A DNA stretch of 32,559 bases from Octopus sinensis (GCF_006345805.1 NW_021832803.1:1-32559), one strand, 5' to 3'; shown: positions 1 through 10,738, counted from the stretch's first letter. Notes: generated by a model not told the origin, from the letters alone. Translations and numbers: made by a program.

Positions 1-332
1 TTTAAATGCAAAGTAAAAAAAAAAAAATCACAACTATAGAAATAATAAAAAAAATAAAAAAGAGTGACTAATTGGATGTTATGATATTAGATTCTGTAGT
101 GCGACTGTCATTGATTGGATCTGACGACAACAACAACAAACAGCAAAAACAATTACTGCAACTATAAGAATAGCAACAATAAAAAATGTGCTGATTACGT
201 CAGCAATGGCTTTGATAATGTGTCTGCCTGCTTGTCTGTTTGTCTGTCTGTCTGTATGTATTTGTACATGCGTACATAAGAATGTATGTATGTACGTATG
301 AGTGTATGTTAGTACGTATATATATATATATG

Positions 333-371
<39 letters not shown>

Positions 372-397
372 GTATGTATATCTATGAATCCAAAGGT

Positions 398-808
398 ATC
401 TTTACTCTTACTCTTTTACGCTTTTAACTGTTTCAGTCATTTGACTGCGGCCATGCTAGAGTACCGCCTTTAGTCGAGCAAATCGATCCCAGGACTTATT
501 CTTTGTAAGCCTATTATTTATTCTATCGTTCGCTTTTGCCGAACCTCTAACTTACGGGGACATAAACACACCAGCATCGGTTGTCAAGCGATGCTGGGGG
601 GACAAACACAGGCACAGAAACATATACACACACATACATATACATATATACAAAGGGCTTCTTCCAGTTTCCGTCTACCAAATCCACTCACAAGGCTTTG
701 GTCGGTCTGCGGATATAGTAGAAGACACTTGCCCAAGGTGCCACGCAGTAGGGCTGAACCCAGAACCATGTGGTTGGTAAACAAGCTACTTACCACACAG
801 CCACTCCT
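398..808 (-). mobile_element. tRNA-derived SINE, family A (label used here), near full length
   Basis: Minus strand starts AGGAGTGGCTGTGTGG (A-box-like), then GGTTCAGCCC (B-box-like) and CCTTGGGCAAGTGTCTT body; ends in an (AAGAGTA)-like tail. Same sequence recurs at 4384, 8260, 20672, 28028. Confidence 0.9.
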
Positions 809-859
809 CTATATGTGTGTGTGTGTGTTTTGGGGGAGGGGTGCATTTATTTATGTATC

Positions 860-872
860 TAGATAGATAGAC

Positions 873-907
<35 letters not shown>

Positions 908-916
908 TAGATAGAT
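860..916. repeat. (GATA/GACA)n microsatellite at the 3' flank of the Tx1-type LINE
   Basis: Read directly from the sequence. Confidence 0.95.
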
Positions 917-2333
917 ATGTTTCTTTATTAGCCACACAGGGCTGCACACAGATAGAACAAATTACAAGGTAGAGCTTTTCTTTTGAAGGTAAAAAAAAAA
1001 AAAAAATAAAAGGATGGGGAGTTTCGATCAAAAGGGATCGTAAAAGGAGAGAAAGAGGACAAAAAGGGGGGGGTTTTAAAAAAAAAAGGGGAGAGGAAAA
1101 AAATTGATCAATAGCGATCGTTATCACAGAAATGTCAATATGAAGTGTAAAGGGGAGGACAGGTGAGGTTTACCCGTGGAAAGAAAAGCCTACGGAAAAG
1201 ACCACGGTAACCTCGGTCAATGAAGTCACATGTTATATTTCTTTCTTTTATTATTTTTTTTTTGCAAATAAGCAACTCTCTGTTTTCAATTTCTGGGTTC
1301 ATAGGATCATGCTCAAGGTGGCTTCGTCATTCATACGTGCCATTCTTGCTACATTCACCCATCTTTTTTTAAAACATTCACTAGACAAAACTTGCCTCTC
1401 TACTCTCACTTTCCTCCTCAAGTGATACTTGAAGAAGTTGATGAGAGATTGACCAGAGAGGAAAGTGTTTGTCTCTAATCCTTTCAGGCGCGTCCACCAG
1501 ATACATTCTTTCGCCATAGCCACAAGTATGATAAAAATAGCTCTTCCTTCCCGTTTGAAGGAAGGAGGCGTGACGATATTAACGATAAACTCAGCTGATA
1601 AACCGACACGTCCCACACGTGACAGCAGTCGTTCGACATAAGCCCACAGGTGGGAAATTGCTGGACACTGCACGATTGCGTGCAGAGCGGTTTCATCGCT
1701 CTGCCCGCATCTCGCAGGTCGGCCCCGTGTTTCTCGAGCCATGCCTATAGAGCTTATCCGAACGGTAGCGCTTCTCGGTAGCACCGCCAGGCCAGGGATC
1801 TCTGGAAGTTGTCCATAGGTCCCGGCCGAAAGTCGTTTCAAAACAGGCGGGTTCAGGTATTCCTCGTCGACGCCCAGGTTTGCCCCGAGATCGTCGTCGT
1901 ACCTCCCCTCCACTAATCCCCTATAGAATGCTTTGGTTGTGTTGAAGTCACTCAAGGTCGACCCGGGACGGCAGAGTTGCTTGAGAGCAACGCGACACTC
2001 GCGGTGCCATTCGCCCTTCCTCGGCCTCTTTTTGATCCACGACTGCAGTTCGGTCATGGAGACGAGCTGCGGGAATGTGTGTCTCACAAACGGCGACCAC
2101 ACCTGTTCCCCGTCGTCTACATAGAGCCGGAGGTGTCGCAGTCTCAGCGCGTGTCTGTGCATCATCAACCACGACATGCCCAGCCCTTCTTTTAACGGGT
2201 GTTGACAGCAAATGGATCGCCTGACCATCGGGACACATCCTTTCCACAAGAAGCGGAAGAGGATGCGTTCTAGTTTGGTGATGGTAGGGTCGGGACAAGG
2301 TACGACGGTCAGGCGGTAGTAGATGATTGACGC

Positions 2334-2336
<3 letters not shown>
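917..2336 (-). mobile_element. 5'-truncated non-LTR retrotransposon, L1/Tx1 type
   Basis: ORF2 C-terminal part plus ~380-nt 3' UTR ending ...GGCTAATAAAGAAACATA; (TCTA)n lies on both sides on the element strand. Confidence 0.8.
1299..2336 (-). pseudogene. L1/Tx1 ORF2 remnant: RT thumb region and C-terminal Cys/His knuckle
   Basis: RFLWKG..V.R...C......GLGM thumb motif; RCGQSDETALHAIVQCP knuckle. The expected SLAWRCYREALP segment is in another frame (~1760-1830), indicating compensating frameshifts. The N-terminal SIYL repeats of the listed ORF are the (TCTA)n array. Confidence 0.8.

Positions 2337-2419
<83 letters not shown>
2333..2419. repeat. (GATA)n microsatellite at the 5' truncation point of the Tx1-type LINE
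   Basis: Read directly from the sequence. Confidence 0.97.
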
Positions 2420-2789
2420 AAAACAACGAAGGCACGAAGCTTAGTGATTAGAATTTTCCGCTGACTATCATAAATTCGATGCTTCAATTCACGAACTGAG
2501 CGGCACGTTGCGTCCTTAAACAAGGAACTTCATTTTATGTAACTCCGGTCGACAAATGCCTAACCAAATAGCACAACACTTTCTCCCTCCAAATTTCACA
2601 GCCTAGATACTCTCCAGAGTCAAGAGCCAGGACAACCCAGTATTTAGACAGATATTATATCTAGTATTTGGAGTGGTTTGTTTTCAAGTGCATCGCTTGT
2701 AATCGTAATGCTAAACATGTATATATATATATATATATATAAACTTGAGGCATGCTTATTATCGCCTCGTGAATATATGTTAGTCTTTG

Positions 2790-2889
2790 GCTTTTCTGCT
2801 GAAGAGGCACGCCAGTTGTAAATAAATTTAATTTAATTAATTAATTAATTTACTAAAGATTGCCGAAACTATGCATAGTCCAGAAAGGC
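2790..2889 (+). ncRNA. Type I hammerhead ribozyme, predicted cleavage after GUC 2880
   Basis: Helix I GCTTTTCTG 2790-2798 / CAGAAAGGC 2881-2889; CUGAAGA 2799-2805; helix II GGCA 2806-2809 / TGCC 2861-2864; GAAA 2865-2868; helix III is the perfect palindrome ACTATGCATAGT 2868-2879. Confidence 0.85.
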
Positions 2890-3066
2890 AAGGGTAAACG
2901 TTTTTATTTCTCTTTCCATTTCAGAATTACAACTATTAGTGTTTGGAGTTTAACTGCTCTTCTAGTGAGTTGAATGTCCTATTTTGGCCATTCCTATATA
3001 TTTGAATATTTAGATATATTAGATATATATATATAATAATATATATATATATATAACATATATTAT

Positions 3067-3118
<52 letters not shown>

Positions 3119-3169
3119 ATATATATATTATTATATTATAATATATACGTAATATAGAAATCCTACTAT

Positions 3170-3467
3170 TACTCCGTCGCTTCGACGACGAGGGTTCCAT
3201 TGATCCGATCAGCGGAATAGCATGGTCGTGTGACCAACGCGTGGCTGAGCACTCCACACGCATGCGCACCTTTTCACGTACTTCTCAGGGAGATTCAGCG
3301 TGACACACAGTGTGACAAGTCTGACCCCTAGAAATGCATTTATTACTAATTTTTGCCAGCTGAGTGGACCGCAGCAACGTGAAATAGAGAGACATGCTCA
3401 AGGGCACAAGGCACCATCGGAACCCTGGGATCGCGAGTCGAGTCCCCTATCTATTGAGCCACGCACC
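3170..3467 (-). mobile_element. Old tRNA-derived SINE (head module H3, tail module T2)
   Basis: The CTCCGTCG..CGACGACGAGGG...GATTCAGCGTGACAC tail is shared with the 15226, 21596 and 27612 copies; the CATGCTCAAGGGCACAA body resembles 8843-8866 and 27842-27861. Confidence 0.7.
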
Positions 3468-3542
3468 TTCATACACACACGCACACACATACAAACACAT
3501 ACATATATATATATATGTATGGATGTATCTGCATAAGTACAC

Positions 3543-3575
<33 letters not shown>

Positions 3576-3684
3576 TGTATGTATGTATGTATGTATGTAT
3601 GTATGTATATATATTTATATATATTTATATGAAAAAGTGCATATGTATATATTTATATGTGTATATGTATATGTTTGTATGTGT

Positions 3685-3841
3685 GGGTTCAAATTCCGCC
3701 GAGGTCGACTTTGCCATTCATCCTTTCGGGGTCGATAAATTAAGTACCAGTTACGCACTGGGGTCGATGTAATCGATTTAATCCATTTGTCTGTCCTTGT
3801 TTGTCCCCTCTGTGTTTAGCCCCTTGTGGGTAGTAAAGAAA

Positions 3842-3842
<1 letters not shown>
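3685..3842 (+). mobile_element. SINE family B, 5'-truncated, with Tx1-like 3' tail
   Basis: Starts at B-box-like GGGTTCAAATTCC; central GAGGTCGACTTTGCC.TTCATCCTTTCGGGGTCGATAAA; tail TAGCCCCTTGTGGGTAGTAAAGAAA followed by (TA)n. Confidence 0.8.
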
Positions 3843-3910
<68 letters not shown>

Positions 3911-4330
3911 CATAGTCTGATCAATAAGTATCCGGACTTCTTGCGTAGCAACGAAGTTAAAGTACGCAGAGGAAAGCCTCTTGGCCCAGATTCACTTTGA
4001 ACATTGTTGTGCATGTGCTCTACGCAGTAACGTTCTAGCTCACTTCTGCTGGTTAAAGCAGTGCTTGGAAGGAACGTGTCTAGCGTGTGATCGTCTCATT
4101 GAACAAGACAAAGGAAGTTCAGCAGATAATTTGCATCAAACTTTGCCAAAAGCCTGGTGATGCCTGCTTAGAGGCCTATGCAAAGTTGCAGAGAGTAAAT
4201 GGGGAGGAGTGTATGAGCCACACACAATTGTACGTGTGGTTCAGACGTTTCGAATGTGGCCGGGAAATGTCGATTTAGACAAACGATCTGGGAGAGGTTA
4301 GGGTATTCTACTGCGAAGACTGAGCCTTTG
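3911..4330 (+). mobile_element. Mariner 5' fragment: TIR-like end plus N-terminal HTH of transposase, decayed
   Basis: TA followed by CATAGTCTGATCAATAAGTATCCGGACT; translation EVQQIICIKLCQKPG...MSHTQLYVWFRRFECGRE fits the mariner EQR.CIKFC...W..RF..GR pattern. Confidence 0.7.
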
Positions 4331-4383
4331 TTTTGGGGTCATAGCCACAGACCCACGATTCATAACCCGTTATGGGAGTTTTC

Positions 4384-4762
4384 AAACCACATGGTTCTGG
4401 GTTCAGCCCTACTGCATGGCACCTTGGGCAAGTGTCTTCTACTATATCCGCGGACCGACCAAAGCTTTGTGAGTGGATTTGGTAGACGGGAACTGGAAGA
4501 AGACCTTTGTATATATGTATATATATGTGTATATATGTTTGTGTGTCTGTATTTGTCCCTCCAGCATCGCTTGACAACCAATGTTGGTGTGTTTACGTCC
4601 CCGTAAGTTAGCGATTCGGCAAAAGCGAACGATAGAATAAGTACTGGGCTTACAAAGAATAAGTCCTGGGGTCGATTTGCTCGACCAAAGGCGGTGCTCC
4701 AGCATGGCCGGAGTCAAGTGACTGAAACAAGTAAAAGAGTAAAACAGAAAAGAGAGCAACGA

Positions 4763-4764
<2 letters not shown>
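4384..4764 (+). mobile_element. SINE family A, head partly missing
   Basis: Reverse-complement homolog of 398-808; (AAAAGAGT) tail runs into (TA)n. Confidence 0.9.
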
Positions 4765-4799
<35 letters not shown>

Positions 4800-4842
4800 T
4801 ATATATATATATATATTATATATAGTATATATATATATACAT

Positions 4843-5108
4843 TATGTTACATTACTCGTAGTCAAGATAAAACTCTGAGTTTCAGATGCCGAAGTGGAAA
4901 TCCACAACACCATCTCTTCGGTTATCTGGCTAGTTATCTGGAAATAGCCAGATAACCGAAGAGATGGTGTTGTGGATTTCCACTTCGGCATCTGAAACTC
5001 AGAGTTTTATCTTGACTACCGAGTAATGTAACATATTGTATAGATAAATTCCTCTATTTACATAATATTGAGGTCTCTTTCTTTCTTTTGTATCTTACCG
5101 TGTTATCA
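4843..5108. mobile_element. Long inverted repeat (90/91-nt arms, 12-nt loop) plus 3' extension; probable Penelope-like element terminus in (TA)n
   Basis: Arms 4843-4932 and 4945-5035 are reverse complements with one 1-nt indel; each arm carries a variant hammerhead-like motif. The Penelope assignment is inferred. Confidence 0.6.
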
Positions 5109-5121
5109 TATATATATAATA

Positions 5122-5152
<31 letters not shown>

Positions 5153-5264
5153 CATACACCACAGACAGATTTTCGTTTTATAAACTATCTAGTTAGATAT
5201 ATGTATGTGTCTACACGCACACACATACACGCACAAACATACTCTCACAGATACATATACATGT

Positions 5265-5319
<55 letters not shown>

Positions 5320-5426
5320 CACACACACACATTTTAGTTTTATAACGTATCTAGTTACATATATGTATGTGTCTACCCGCACGCACAAACACACACATAT
5401 GCAGACACACACACACACACACACCA

Positions 5427-5474
<48 letters not shown>

Positions 5475-6056
5475 GTAACTCCAGTAACTAAAAGACCGAT
5501 AACTATTTAAGTAGCAGTAGACGATAGAGATCAAATTGACGGAAGAAATATTGATAACGTTTCTTCTTCGCTGCTCGTCAAAATATATGAAAAGGTAAAG
5601 ATTTTGAAGATTGCCGCATTGCCTGATGCATCAATTACTGTTCAGACATCACAAGTTAATAATTTTCTCTTCTGTGATCTCAATCTCTTGTTACTGTCCA
5701 GCTTTTTCCTTCAAGTCCATCAGGCTTTAACTAAGTTAAGTTCTCAGTCCCTGAGTTCACAAAGAGATTTTTCTTTTTATCCTACGTTTGAATACTGAAA
5801 ATATTTCTTAACATCAGAGAGAGAGAGAGAGTGGGGGAAGAAGAGTTGGGGAGTGGGGAAGAGAGGGGGGAGATTACAGAAAAACTAATGAAGGTAAAAA
5901 TGTTCATTATTAATTATATCGACGTGAATTGCTTCCGATCATATGGACGGTGAGATCGAAACCAACTCGGATATTTAATGCCCATTCTATGTCTTCATTG
6001 ACTTAGTGTAAAGCCCGGAATCCGAAGGGAATTTTGAGAGCCTCATATATCACTTT

Positions 6057-6490
6057 CGATCTTTTCGGTTTGAACGGCAGTTTTTAATATAATTTCTAGG
6101 TAACTAAGAAATTTTAAACTTCGTATACTGGTAGAATGTGTTTATAAAACATCTTTTTCTCTTGGCTTTATTGAGAAAATTCTATAGTTTGTAAGATATT
6201 TGTTGTGTTTTTTCTTCAATTTGTGCAATTTCAACTAATCACTGACGTCTATTGAGGTAAAAAACATTCTGTGCCGTATGGATAAGTCCCTTGTTTAAGA
6301 AACAAATTGGGTTTATTTACATATCTGAAGAAAAAAAGATACCCTTCCCTCCACCTCTTAACCCTAACCCTCACTAACCCTAACCCTAAAACAGATTGAA
6401 ATGCAATAGATTGATGCTAGGATCTTAATTATGGGTGACAATTTCATATGACACCGCTAGAAAAAACTGCCGTTCAAAACGAAAAGATCC
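6057..6490. mobile_element. MITE with ~28-bp TIRs and 8-bp TSD ATCACTTT; Merlin-like GG...CC termini
   Basis: TIRs CGATCTTTTCGGTTTGAACGGCAGTTTTT and AAAAACTGCCGTTCAAAACGAAAAGATCC; TSD at 6049-6056 and 6491-6498; four TAACCC units at 6359-6386. Confidence 0.88.
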
Positions 6491-6847
6491 ATCACTTTTA
6501 TAACACAGGTTATTGAAACCAAGAATATTTTATGAAGTTTGTTAGCTGTGACGAACGCAAACGTCTGATGTTTCGGAATAGGATCCTCCATTGAATGGTG
6601 CAACCCAATGATCAAAAGTGTTTATGTAATGTCTGTTACTCTTTTTTTCACGTATTATCTACGTAATATGACATCATATGATAAAGTTTCCAAGCTTTTA
6701 TCAAACTTTTATCGAGCTGTTTCCAAGCTTTTTACTAAGCTGTCATTCCAGCTTTTATGAAAACAAATGAACTTCCGGTAAAGCTGAAAACATGCACAGC
6801 TAAGGCATATTTATTAAGTAACGGTTTGGGAGAAAATTGAATATATA

Positions 6848-7399
6848 TTGGGTTGTCCGGAAAGTTCGTGCCAATTTTTAAAGGAAAGAAAACGGTCTAT
6901 AAATACTTGCCATTACATTTTTAATCAACCAAATATGAACCATTCTGTTGTCCAACGTGTTTCCATCTTTCCTTTAACTTGAAAATACCCTTTTCCCAGA
7001 ATCGAGGTCGTTTCATGGCAAAGAATTCATCAAGATATCTTTTTACGTCATCCAAGGAATTGAAATTTTTTACCATTAAGACTATTCTGCAGAGACCTGA
7101 ATAAGTGGAAATCTGGTGAATATGGAGGGTGGGGTAACACAGCCCAGCCGTGCTGCAGCAATTTTTGTCTGGTTCCCAAAGCATCAAGTGCCGAAAATGA
7201 ATTTTCTTATGTTCCATTTTAAAGGGTTACAGAATTAACCCAGATTATAGGAACGTAAAACTTCTTCCACGAAAAGATAGTTGAAACTGTGCTCTAAATG
7301 GAAGTGTAGTCGAATCCTATTTTATGGACTCAACCATGTTCTAAAATAAGTCGAAAGGTAAGCTACTATAATTCGGCATGAACTTTTCGGACGACACAA
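6848..7399 (-). mobile_element. Internally deleted mariner with both TIRs and TA TSD
   Basis: TIRs TTGGGTTGTCCGGAAAGTTCGTGCC (6848) and GGCATGAACTTTTCGGACGACACAA (7375-7399); TA on both sides; HPPYSPDFHLF motif in one frame and C-terminal FWEKGIFKLKERWKHV..QNGSY. Confidence 0.88.
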
Positions 7400-7427
7400 T
7401 AGATTTGCTTTGGTATTCGACCACTAG

Positions 7428-7667
7428 TCATACGAAAGATATACGTACGTATATATGCATGTATGTACGAATGTATGGATGTATATGTCATACGAAAGAT
7501 ATACGTACGTATATATGCATGTATGTACGAATGTATGGATATGTATGTCATACGAAAGATATACGTACGTATATATGCATGTATGTACGAATGTATGGAT
7601 GTATATGTCATACGAAAGATATACGTACGTATATATGCATGTATGTACGAATGTATGGATGTATATG
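7428..7667. repeat. Minisatellite, four near-identical 60-bp units
   Basis: TCATACGAAAGATATACG... starts at 7428, 7488, 7548 and 7608. Confidence 0.95.
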
Positions 7668-7670
7668 TTA

Positions 7671-7741
7671 GAACCATGTTCTAACATAGGTCGAAATGTA
7701 TGCTACTATAATTTGGCATGAATTTTCCGGAGAACCCAGTA
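7671..7741 (-). mobile_element. Second copy of the mariner terminal 71 bp, including TIR and TA
   Basis: Collinear with 7331-7401, 59/71 identical by hand count. Confidence 0.75.
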
Positions 7742-7801
7742 CAAACGTATAGTTAAATAAAACTTCAACTCACGATTTCTTTCTTTTGTTTAATGTCAAA
7801 G

Positions 7802-7898
7802 GAAAATCTATTCCAGGAAACGCTAGACTTTACTCTGCTTCCGAGTCTTTCGCGTTTCTTGCGGTTAATCCTACGGCACCGTCTCCAAAAAGCATTGC
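7802..7898 (+). CDS. Candidate host-gene exon, product unknown
   Basis: Polypyrimidine tract with AG at 7800-7801 (alternative AG 7815-7816); donor GTAAGG at 7899; relatively GC-rich unique sequence; frame KSIPGNARLYSASESFAFLAVNPTAPSPKSI is phase-compatible with the 9519 candidate. Confidence 0.3.
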
Positions 7899-8259
7899 GT
7901 AAGGAAAAGCACTGAAGGCAGAATGCGAAGTTTGTTTTTAATGAAGATTTATAGCAGACATTTTATAATGTTTTACTTGATAGATAAAATGACTTGCCTG
8001 GTCTCTGTGATATTGAAATGTCAACTATATTTTAAACACGTCCCTAAGTATTATGCTGTTCGTAAGGCTGTGAATAATCAAAGCCAAGCTGGTATTAAAT
8101 ATAACTCGAAAGGCGGTCTTGCAGTTTTAGGAAAATTGAAAAAAAGAATAGTAAAGAAAGCTACACAGAAGATAAATAATCCAGATAATGTTTAGAGACG
8201 AGAATTCTAATTCCCAGTCAACATATAATGTGACGTACATATAATATTAAAAAGTAGTA

Positions 8260-8662
8260 TACTCTTTACTCTTTTACTTGTTTCAGTCGTTTGACTGCGG
8301 CCATGCTGGAGCACTGCCTTTAGTCGAGCGAATCGACCCCGGGACTTATTCTTTGTAAGCCCAGTACTTATTTTATCGGTCTCTTTTGCCGAAACGCTAA
8401 GTTACGGGGACGTAAACACACCAACATCGGTTGTCAAGCAATGCTAGGGGGACAAACACAGACACAAACACACACAGACACATATATATACATATATACG
8501 ACAGGCTTCTTTCAGTTTCCGTCTACCAAATCCACTCACAAGGCATTGGTTGGCCCGGGGCTATAGCAGAAGACACTTGCCCAAGATGCCACGCAGTGGG
8601 ACTCAACCCGGAACCATGTGACTGGTTAGCAAGCTACTTACCACACAGCCACTCCTGCGCCT
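8260..8662 (-). mobile_element. SINE family A, full length
   Basis: Head GGCGCAGGAGTGGCTGTGTGG; same body and tail as the other copies. Confidence 0.92.
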
Positions 8663-8905
8663 ATGTTATTTTATCTTTTACTTGTTTCAGTCATTAGACT
8701 GAAGCCATGCTGGAGCACCGCCTTGAAGGACTTTGAGTCCAACGAATCAAACCCAGTAGTTAGGTTGGTATTTATGTGCAGGGTTGCCCATTTGCAGCTG
8801 AGGAGACTGGAACCACGAGAAATGAAGGGTCTTGCTCAAGACACAAGGTACCGTCGGTCTAGAAATCATAACCTCGGTCACACGAGCAACACTCTAACCT
8901 TCAAT
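8663..8905 (-). mobile_element. Chimeric or older SINE: family-A terminal tail on an H3-type body
   Basis: Plus strand CTTTTACTTGTTTCAGTCA...GCTGGAGCACCGCC (tail) joined to GGGTCTTGCTCAAGACACAA (body). Confidence 0.6.
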
Positions 8906-9104
8906 CACGTATATATGTATGTAGATATATATATATATACACATAACTATTGTTATACATACATACACACACACAGAGAAAGATATATATATATATGCAC
9001 ATAGATACATATATATATACACACATAGATACATATATATATTTATATATATACACACACATAGATACAGATATATACATACATGTATACACACGCACAC
9101 ACAG

Positions 9105-9137
<33 letters not shown>

Positions 9138-9266
9138 CATATTCGGTTTAAGTAATTGAGATTCAAGTGAATTCTAATGAATTCACATGAACTTTCTTCA
9201 ATGCAGTTAATCTTACACCCTCATTTGTATTTACCCCTTTTGATGTTTGGGAATTCTCTGATGTTT

Positions 9267-9354
9267 TTTCGGCTGACGAGTACGAGCCATCTGTATTTAC
9301 TGCATTTTTTGTAGCTTATTATAGATGTCCTCGTACGAAACAATTGTACCGAGA
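9267..9354 (+). ncRNA. Type I hammerhead ribozyme, predicted cleavage after GUA 9348
   Basis: Helix I TTTCGG 9267-9272 / CCGAGA 9349-9354; CUGACGA 9273-9279; helix II GTACGAG 9280-9286 / CTCGTAC 9330-9336; GAAA 9337-9340; palindromic helix III ACAATTGT 9340-9347. Confidence 0.85.
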
Positions 9355-9518
9355 TTTTAATCCATTCTTGTTGCTTTTTTCCTATATATATACATATATA
9401 CATTCATACATGCATACATGCATATATATACATAGACATACACACGCATAGCTATAAGTATGTATACATGTATATTAACCAAGCAATTTCGATGGATCAC
9501 GTGATATTACGTATTCAG

Positions 9519-9647
9519 ATCCAGTTTTAAAATTCATCAGAGTGTAATCACTGACGATTCTAAGTGTTATGACAAACGAATTCGCTTCCGGCGCTCTTAC
9601 ATGTATCGGTGGTACTATCAGCCAACTTCTACAACAACTTTGAAAGT
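9519..9647 (+). CDS. Candidate host-gene exon, product unknown
   Basis: Acceptor TTCAG at 9514-9518; donor GTATGT at 9648 (alternative GTGTAT at 9646); only one frame is open: SSFKIHQSVITDDSKCYDKRIRFRRSYMYRWYYQPTSTTTLK. Confidence 0.3.
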
Positions 9648-10049
9648 GTATGTCTTAAAACCAGACTGCATTATATGTAATTTATTTCTAAAGGCCGTTT
9701 GCCTGTTAGGAAAGAAGGACCCTGGATTTCATGTACAATTAACGAAATAAACACAAGTAAAAAGATCTGAGTGTGCTTATTTATTTTCCTCGTATTTACT
9801 TTTAGCAAACTTTCTGTGCGAAACACTTCATTTTCTGCAACAACATCAATAAATTATATGTATAGTTACCTATATTCCATGCTGATCACGCTCCTATGAG
9901 ATAAACGATAAAATTATATGCGTAGATAAATGTTAAAGCGAGGTTATTATTTTAAAGCAGACAAAGTCGTTTTAAAGCGAGCTAGCAAAATCATTACAAC
10001 GTCCGTCAAAATGCTATACGGAACTTCGTTCGTCTTTACAATCTTGTTT

Positions 10050-10190
10050 GAAATTTCGCCGAGGTTGACTTCGTATTTCACCCTTACGGATCGATAAAAT
10101 AGATACCTGTCACACACTTGGGTCCTTGTAATCGACTATTATTCTCCCCTAGAATTTTAGGCCCTCTACCTATTGTACTAAGAGTTATTT
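10050..10190 (+). mobile_element. Decayed SINE family B
   Basis: GAAATTTCGCCGAGGTTGACTTCG...GATCGATAAAATAG matches the family B core. Confidence 0.6.
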
Positions 10191-10424
10191 TAAAGCATGG
10201 AAGGCCGCGAGGTGGTAGAATATTTAACGTGTCGGATAAAATGCTAAAAGATATTTCTTCTGACTTCAAGCAAATTTAACAATAACAGCGGACCACGTAC
10301 AGCTAGTGGAGACGCTATACTGAAAGGAGAGCCAAATTGATTTTAATTACAAAGCAAAAAAGTATTGATTGAGAGTTTGAGATGTGTACAGTCATATGTT
10401 AGCATCGAGGGAGGTGTAAGTCGA

Positions 10425-10545
10425 ATACCTTAGCCTCAGTGCTTAACTAGAACTTATTTGATCGACCCGAAAAGGATGAAAGGCAAAGTCGACCTCGGCG
10501 GATTTAGAACTCAGAACGTAAAGCCGGACACAACAGCTATCAGGA
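10425..10545 (-). mobile_element. Decayed SINE family B
   Basis: GATCGACCCGAAAAGGATGAAAGGCAAAGTCGACCTCGGCGGATTT is the reverse complement of the family B core. Confidence 0.7.
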
Positions 10546-10587
10546 TGCAGGATTTCAGTAACGTTATAGATAAAGTTAATAGTATGA

Positions 10588-10738
10588 GGAGAGTTTACGA
10601 AGCAAACAAAAGACGAAGACAGATGGTGTACAAAACAAACAGATGTATTAGTATAACGCTCAGGAATAGAAAAGGTTTTTTACGTTTCGAGCCTACACTC
10701 TTCTACAGAAAGGGACACATAAAAAGAGAGACAATATA

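Noticed and set aside
6359-6386. Telomere or chromosome-fusion scar
   Set aside because: Only four hexamers, lying inside a TSD-flanked MITE that has a second copy.
7428-7667. CRISPR-like array
   Set aside because: Contiguous 60-bp units with no unique spacers, no cas genes, eukaryotic context.
9505-9600. Hammerheads from CUGAUGA (minus, 9534-9540) and CUGACGA (plus, 9551-9557)
   Set aside because: No correctly placed GAAA and no helix I; the region fits a candidate exon better.
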